Shown here: positions 56,077 through 64,000 of the stretch, one piece after another | Numbering within the stretch: the stretch's first letter is position 1 | Layout of the letters: each line of letters opens with the position of its first letter | Source of the DNA: Octopus vulgaris | Taxonomy: Eukaryota | Length of the DNA: 64,000 bases | Assembly (NCBI GenBank): GCA_951406725.2 | Contig: OX597821.1 | Location: 70,432,001-70,496,000 of the forward strand | Reading direction: 5' to 3' | Position numbers and translations under genes: made by a program | Notes under the pieces: model-generated | What the model was told of the DNA's origin: nothing | Databases searched by the model: none | What the model saw: the letters and a program-made list of their open reading frames with translations, nothing else

Positions 56077-56748
56077 TTTTTTTCTTCTTTCAAATTTGCT
56101 TCCATTTCTTGCCGAGTGTCTTCCCGACTCCTAGGGCAAAGAAACTCATAGTATACATTGGTAGGCCATTAAACCAAACTCAATAGTTCGTTCATTTTTT
56201 TTTTTTTTTTGTAAGTTAAATTAAAATACATGAGCAGCAACAGTTCTCACATCGACAATGATCTTCTCAATACGTGTGATGTACCAGTTAAGACAATCTT
56301 TTGCACTTCTTGCAGGGATGGTAAGCCAGGGATCATTCTCATATAATTTTCGGTTCCCTTCTTGATCATTCCTAGTGCTCCTATGATCACTGGTATTGTA
56401 ACCGCCTTGAGATGCCACATTTTCTCAATTTCAATGAGTAGGTCTTTATATTTTCTGAGCTTGTCAAACTCTTTCGCTGAGATATTATGATCACAGGGGA
56501 TGCTCATGTCGATCAATAAGCAAACTTTATTGTTTTGGTCTTTCACAACAATATCTGGTTTATTGGCCTTGATGGTTCGGTCTGTATGTACTGGAAAGTC
56601 CCACAGAATGGTTACATTTTCTCCTTCAGTTACAGCCTCAGGGTGGTGATTATACCACTTGTCGGCAGTTTTGATATTGTAATGCCGACTTATTAGCCAG
56701 TGTAGATATTGGCCAACTCTGTCATGTCTTAATTTATACTCCACTGGT
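56076..56748 (-). mobile_element. Dong/R4-clade non-LTR retrotransposon 3' end (RLE endonuclease) in (TAA)n
   Basis: YKLRHDRVGQYLHW..ILWDFPVHTDRTIKANKPDIVV..LIDMSIP..KYKDL..VIIGALG; (TAA)n on both sides. Confidence 0.88.
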
Positions 56749-56752
56749 ATAA

Positions 56753-56830
<78 letters not shown>

Positions 56831-56929
56831 GTTATTATTATTATCCAGGTCACTGCCATATGCTCGTGGGCATATGGCACGGGCATACGGTATAAACCCC
56901 AAGATTCCGACTTCAATTACAGGCAGTGA

Positions 56930-56967
<38 letters not shown>

Positions 56968-57055
56968 GTAATAGTAATAATAATGCTGCTGCTGCTGCTG
57001 ATGATGATGATGATAATAATAATAACAACAACGGAGATGGAAAGAAGCTTGTTGC

Positions 57056-57128
<73 letters not shown>

Positions 57129-57659
57129 AATAAATTGAATTAGAGATAAAACCACTATTAGGCAAATCAAACAGTGAAAAACATAAACCAAAACATAGAA
57201 ATAAAAATAATTAATATAATATACAAGATATATAAAATACAAAGTTCAAAATTTAAATTATTTAAATTTAAAGTAGTTGCTAATTGTTTATTATTAACAA
57301 ATTGGTCATTTTCGCTGAAATGAAATGATAGGCCCACATATAACACCCAAAGGTACATTATTTTCTCTGATGAAATTATACTCATGTCACATAAATGTAA
57401 ATTTAATGTACAAATTTGTAATTAAATTATTGAGCATTAATTGAAAAGGTTGTAAGAAGCGAAAATGACCAACTTGTTAATAATAAATAATTATTAACTT
57501 CCTTATCTACATTTTCCACGTAGCAGTACGACTTCACTCGACAATGTATGCATACTGATATCTGAAGGTCACATCAAGTGGCTTCTAGCCTGAAGTATAA
57601 CGAGTTTGTCCCACAGAAAACGTTTCCGGTTACTTTTGGGTACTTCCTCGTATATATAT

Positions 57660-58170
57660 ATTGTGACCTCCTTCGGTCACAAATGATCATGGAATTGCAC
57701 CTAGAAAGTTACCCTTCGAGGTACAAGTCTGGGCAAGGTTGTTTATGGAAGACCAGCCGTCGCCCACGCATACCAGCCTCCCCTCTCCACGCCACCGATG
57801 TTATCCAAGGGAAAGGTAAAGGCCGATACAGCTTGGCACCATTAACGTCGCAGCTCATTTATTAACGTGCAAGTGGCTGAGCACTCCACAGACACGCGCA
57901 CTCCCAACGCAGCTCTCGGGGAGATTCAGAGTGACACAGAGTGTGACAAGGCTGGCCCTTTGAAATACAGGTTCAACTGAAACAGGAAGAAAGAGCGAGA
58001 GAAATCTGCGGCGAAAGAGCACAGCAGGGCTCACCCCACCCCACCCCCGCCGGAGCCCTGCGGGCCCCAGGTGCCTTCGCTCAACAAACATTCACAACGC
58101 CCGGTCTGGGAATCGAAACCGCGATCCCACGACCGCGAGTCCGCTGCCCTAACCATTGCGCCTCCACATA
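57660..58170 (-). mobile_element. SINE family C, long form
   Basis: Minus-strand head GGAGGCGCAATGGTTAGGGCAGCGGACTCGCGGTCG...GGTTTCGATTCCC. Confidence 0.7.
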
Positions 58171-58281
58171 TAATATATTGAGTTTGGGCGGTTATGTTGT
58201 CATTTGCCTGCTTCCGTTAGGGAATATATGCATGTTTGTAAAATACGTAAATATGTATAAATATATATGTACATAAGTGTG

Positions 58282-58348
<67 letters not shown>

Positions 58349-58583
58349 TAATCTATCTATCTATCTATCTGTCTGTCTGTCAGTCTGTCTGTTTGTCTGT
58401 GTGTCTGTCTCTTTCTCTCTCTCTCTCTATCTCTCTCAATATATATATATATATTGATAAAAATGGTAAGACAACAAAAGAATGAAAGAAACCTCGATAT
58501 TATGTAAATAGAGAAATTTATCTGTAAATGTAAGGTGTGACAGTTGTTCGGTGGCCATGGTGGAACTCCGAGTTTCGGATGGC

Positions 58584-58644
<61 letters not shown>

Positions 58645-59051
58645 CGAACTTCCTCAGCACACAAGTAAAGTATAAGAACACCGTACCCAAAACAAAACAA
58701 GGAAAACAAATTGACCACACAAAAATTTGCCCAAACGACAAACATCCAAGGAAGACAAACATCCAAAAGATGACACCCGAGAGTAACGTCCCTGAATTCA
58801 TTGATTTATTGTTTTATTCACGTGAATTTACGAGAGCCTTCCCCCCCCCCCCCCATGAACTAAACGAGACTGTTTTCCAACATGGAGGTGAACGTCTTTC
58901 TCGATTTGATCGGTTTGAAAATTTGTTAAGACCCTAAGATATTTTCCTACTTTTCTTAACAGGAAACCAATGGTAGCCTTAATTCACAAATAAACAAATT
59001 ATATCCACCAATGCGGTGTTGCGCTCTCGTTTTCATTATTCGATTTTTACT

Positions 59052-59115
<64 letters not shown>

Positions 59116-60359
59116 ACGGGCTTCCATATAGTCTCTGTCTACCAAATTCACCAAGAAGACATTGGTAATGGTGTATTCCAATCAATATATTTTGATTATT
59201 GGATTCAGATTAGCGAAAGCTTTGTCTTTAGACACTTAGTCTATCAAACCTGATTTCGAAACTATGTTGAAATCAAAAGAGCATTCTAATTGAAAAAGAA
59301 GTGATAGGAATTATTCTCAGCGGTTGGCGTACTTACTGAGACTGGAGGAGATAAAGAAATTAAGAAAGTTATTGTAATCTTTGGTAACATGTTGAAAACA
59401 GAAACTATAAGAAACACGTGACTGGGGGAAAGAACTCGAAAAGAGAAGCGAATTAAAAGTGAAATACAGTTGGTCAGTCATAAGTTTTGTGGATAGAAGG
59501 AAATCGAAGAGTTTAGCAGTTGTTCCCTCGGATAAAGTGATAAAGAAGCATATAAATGCCAATGCTTCTAAAGACTGATGAATTGAGAAGGAACTGGATC
59601 CAAGATTTGAATTAAATTAGGGATTATTTTTGAAACTAATCACCAATGGGCGAAAAAGACGCGAGTTGATTTGAAAATATGGAGGGGAAAAATATCAAAC
59701 GAAGAAAATCATTCAGGAATTCTCAAAGCAGATACAGAAGGAAAAGATATTTCTAAAATATTTTTGTATCGAGAGAGAAGCAAGTTAAACTCTTGAAGGA
59801 GTCGCTTGAGACAAACAAAAACTGGATTGTGATATTGAGGAATATTACAAACTGACCCATCTGTGGATAGTCTCGTATGAAGTCGAAACATCTAGATGAT
59901 CATCAGGGTCCGGCATCTCCCAAATAACGGTACTTTCATCTAAAAAACTCATGTTGGCTAAGATGAAGGAGCTGCTCTGTTTCTCAACACACTATCAAGG
60001 AACAGTTCCCTTTAAACAGGAAATCCATCAACTCTTCAAAATGTCTTCAGGATGCTAAATGTAAAGATCCGCGGTCTTGAGTTGATCACGCGAATTATTA
60101 TTAGCATCATCGTTATTCACCCCCAAACGCTGCTCATCATTTTGGCGACAGATTTCACTTTCTTTCTTTCCTTCCATCATTCTTTCTTCTTTTCTTTTCA
60201 TTCCTTTTCCCTCTTTTTCTCTCCTATACTTCCTTCTCTTCTTGGGTATCTCTTTGCCCCCCCCCCCCGCTACCTTCTTCCAATGCAGTTCTTCCTTTGT
60301 TATTCAGCCTTAAAAACTGTTTAATTGCATTTGTTTTCAAACTGGCGATACTGACGACA

Positions 60360-60730
60360 TTATGGTCGTCAACAGAGGCGGGGGATGGGTTGTGGTTATG
60401 GTTTGGTGGTCGTGGTCGTGGTGGGTGGTGGATGGTGAATGGGTGGTTGTGACCTTGATAATTGTAGTGGTGACGATAGCAGCAATGGCAGCAATGATTG
60501 TGGTAGAAATGTTGGTGGTGGTGGTGAAGATGGTGATAATGGTGTTGGTGATTAAGATGGTGGTGGTGGTGGTTGTGGTGGTGATGGTGGTGGTGGTGGT
60601 AGTGAGGGTGGTGGTGGTGGTAGTGAGGGTGGTGGTAGTGGTGGTGGTGGTTATGGTGGTGGTGGTGGTTAGGGTGGTGGTTGTGGTGGTGGTCGTGGCG
60701 GTGAGGGTGGTGTGGATGAGGGCGGTGGGG
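60360..60730. repeat. (GGT)n-rich degenerate array
   Basis: Direct reading of the sequence. Confidence 0.9.
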
Positions 60731-61556
60731 AATTATCATCGATAGTGTCAATGAGAGAGTGACGTTTCACAATAAAGCCGGTTCCTAAGAGTTGCAACCC
60801 CCACCCCCAACGTCCTCTGTCCCTTGTAACCAATCTGCTGCTAATTGAGACACCTCAGCAGTCTTCACCCCACTCTCTCCACCGCTCTACCATGCTCCAC
60901 TCCCCCATCTCACACACAAACCACTCCCTCCAATATAACCATCACCACCACCACCACCACCACCACCACCACCACCACCGCTACCTCATCGTCTCACAGT
61001 TTATACTTATTACATTTATTAAGCCAGCACCGTCATCAAACAGACCTTCGCCTCCATACACACAACGCTGCATACACATAAACAGCACTTCAAACACAAA
61101 CATAATATACTATCACCACCACCACTACCACCACCACCACCACCACCACCACCACCAATATAACCGATGAAGTTCGTTGTAATACACAGACACACCCACC
61201 CGACCCGTCCAACTCCCCGAAGCAGGTCTTGGAGTTTGGGCAAAGCTGTCGTGTGAAGCTTCTTATATTCCTTCACCCCTCGCATATGAGGCAATATGTG
61301 CGTGCGTATGTCTGTGTGCACATAGATACACAGACAAATGAATGCATGCACACACGTATGAATGCATTTATGTGTCATTTCGAAGTTTATAGATTTTTCT
61401 ATAGAAATTAAAGTCAGCAGGACACAGCATTGACTTGTAATACTTTAATATCAGACTTGGGAGAGGATTAGGGTGGCAAAACAAAATACAGTGTCGCTAC
61501 CAGTATATATATATATATTATATTTGATTTAGTATTTCTAAATTGAATTCTCTCAA

Positions 61557-61956
<400 letters not shown>

Positions 61957-62256
61957 TATGCATATATATATACACACATACATACATATACATACATATA
62001 TACATACATACGTTCATAATGGTGCGCGTGTGTGTACGCGAGTGCAATTTGTCTGTCTCCTGCATCGCTTGACAACCGGTGTTGGCGTGTTTATGTCCCC
62101 GTAATCTAACGGTTCGGCATTAGAGACGGATAGGATAAGTACCATGCTTTAAAGAATAAGTACTAGGGTCGACTCGTTCCATCAAAATTCGTCATACTAC
62201 GCTCCAGCATGGCCGTGGTCTAACGGCTGAAACTAGAAAAGAAAAGATAGATATAC

Positions 62257-62491
62257 TTTTACTTGTTTGAGTCATTTGACTGCGGCCATGCTGGAGCACC
62301 GCATTTAGTCGTATTAATCGACACCAAGACTTAATCTTTGTAAGCCTAGCACTTATTCAATCGGTCTCTATTGCCGAACCGTTAAGTTACTGTGACGTAA
62401 ACACACCAACATCTGTTGTCATGCGATGGTGGGGCTACAAACACAGACACAGACACAGACACACACAGACACACACAGACACACAGACACA

Positions 62492-62577
<86 letters not shown>

Positions 62578-62960
62578 ACACAACTCTTTCGAACGAGCAA
62601 CACTGACTCCACGGCCCCACACTTTGAAATAACTAAGCATGAACTGCTATTGGAACTTACATACCATGTACAGGAAACTTATTTACCACTTCTACACACC
62701 ACTTTCTACGAATAATGGAACTGAAACTACATTCTACTTTCATTTTCTTATTTCCGTCTATATTCTCTATCTCCTCCTTTTCCACAATAATTCGAACTCA
62801 AATATTTTCTCACACCGTCTCTTATGAAGGGATATCCATAATATCCAAGAAACAGCTGTACCTTATAAACATCCCGAAAACTCCTCACAGCCTTGGGCAT
62901 TGTTATCTCATTCTGTATAATACATACATACATACATACATACATACATACATACATACA

Positions 62961-62993
<33 letters not shown>

Positions 62994-62994
62994 G

Positions 62995-63057
<63 letters not shown>

Positions 63058-63205
63058 ACGACTGGCTTCTTTCAGTTTACGTCTACCAAATCAACTCACA
63101 AGGCTTTGGTCGGTCCGAGGTTAAGGTAGAAGACACTTGCCCAAGGTGCCGCGGAACGGGATTGAATCCGGAACCATGCAGTTGGTAAGTAAGCTACTTA
63201 CCACA
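62257..63205 (-). mobile_element. SINE family A interrupted in its internal microsatellite by a Penelope-type terminal fragment (62575-62920)
   Basis: Tail half at 62257-62440 and head half at 63056-63205; the insert resembles 53780-54130. Confidence 0.7.
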
Positions 63206-64000
63206 AATCCTTCTATATGTTGGATTACGACTTCCTACGACTTCTGTCGTCTCAACCAATATGCTAATATTTACAAGAGTTCGGCTAGTCCATTCTTCCA
63301 ATTCCACAGGGATGTCAATGCTTCTCGCCATAACAATATATAGATGCCCTTGTCCGGGAACGATCTGTGGACTGTGCCTCTGCTCTTTCTCCTCGTAATC
63401 GCCCCACACTTACCCGTCTCCTGTTTCCCCACAACCCTACCCGTCCAACCCACCATTCTCCGAGCCATCCGGCGACTCCAGTCCGATCCTTCCATCTCGT
63501 ACATCTTCCCTAACCTAACCCTTCCTTCCTTCAAATGAGTCCATAATCTGCGTGGCCTCCTGGCCCAGTTTCTTCCCTACTTCTGCCTCTCAGTCTGACT
63601 CCTTCCCCTGCTCTCGCCTACGCTGTCGCACCTGCCCCTACTTCTCCAACACCACCATCCTCACTGGAACCCATCACCATCCCAATCGTGTCATCGATTC
63701 CTTTACCTGCATCTCCAATAATGTTACTGCATCTCCTGCTCTCTATCCTTCCCTATACATTGGTTAAATTGGACGCCACTTGGCTGACTGGTTTGTGGAG
63801 CATCTACGATATATTGGACTCGGCAATAACACCCCGGTCTGTCACCAACTTCCGCTCTACCGGCCATACGCTATATCTCTGTATTCGGACTGTCTCTGCA
63901 CAGGAGACACCCAGACTTCTGCCTTCACCGTGAAGAAGAAATAATCTTCTCTCTTCGTTCCATTGCACCATATGGGCTCAACCCACTACCTCTCTTCATC
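63205..64000 (+). mobile_element. Penelope-like element GIY-YIG region, decayed
   Basis: FPTTLP..LQSDPSISYIFP..FPCSRLRCRTCPY..SFTCISNNV..SLYIG..EEIIFSLRSIAPYGLN. Confidence 0.8.

Overview
AT-rich, microsatellite-dense eukaryotic genomic DNA. The repeat families (tRNA-headed SINEs with internal microsatellites, RTE, CR1/L2-type and Dong/R4 LINE fragments, Penelope-like elements, Helitrons, Tc1) look like those of a cephalopod, probably Octopus; this is an inference. Most ORFs in the supplied track are microsatellite or SINE artefacts. One convincing host gene can be assembled by hand: a compact 8-exon + strand gene (16377-20107, 478 aa) ending in the PCF11 C-terminal module (C2H2 finger, Clp1-binding RxWY, C2HC finger). 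No CID domain is visible; instead it has an N/Q/S/Y-rich N-terminus and a duplicated motif, so it is probably a divergent PCF11 paralog. The second notable theme is short fold-back (inverted-repeat) elements carrying type I hammerhead ribozyme motifs. Two have intact cores (22408-22490 +, 22771-22853 -), and a mutated U3-A8 variant pair forms a ~130-bp-arm hairpin in intron 7 of the PCF11-like gene. All assignments come from reading the sequence; no searches were run, and repeat boundaries are approximate.
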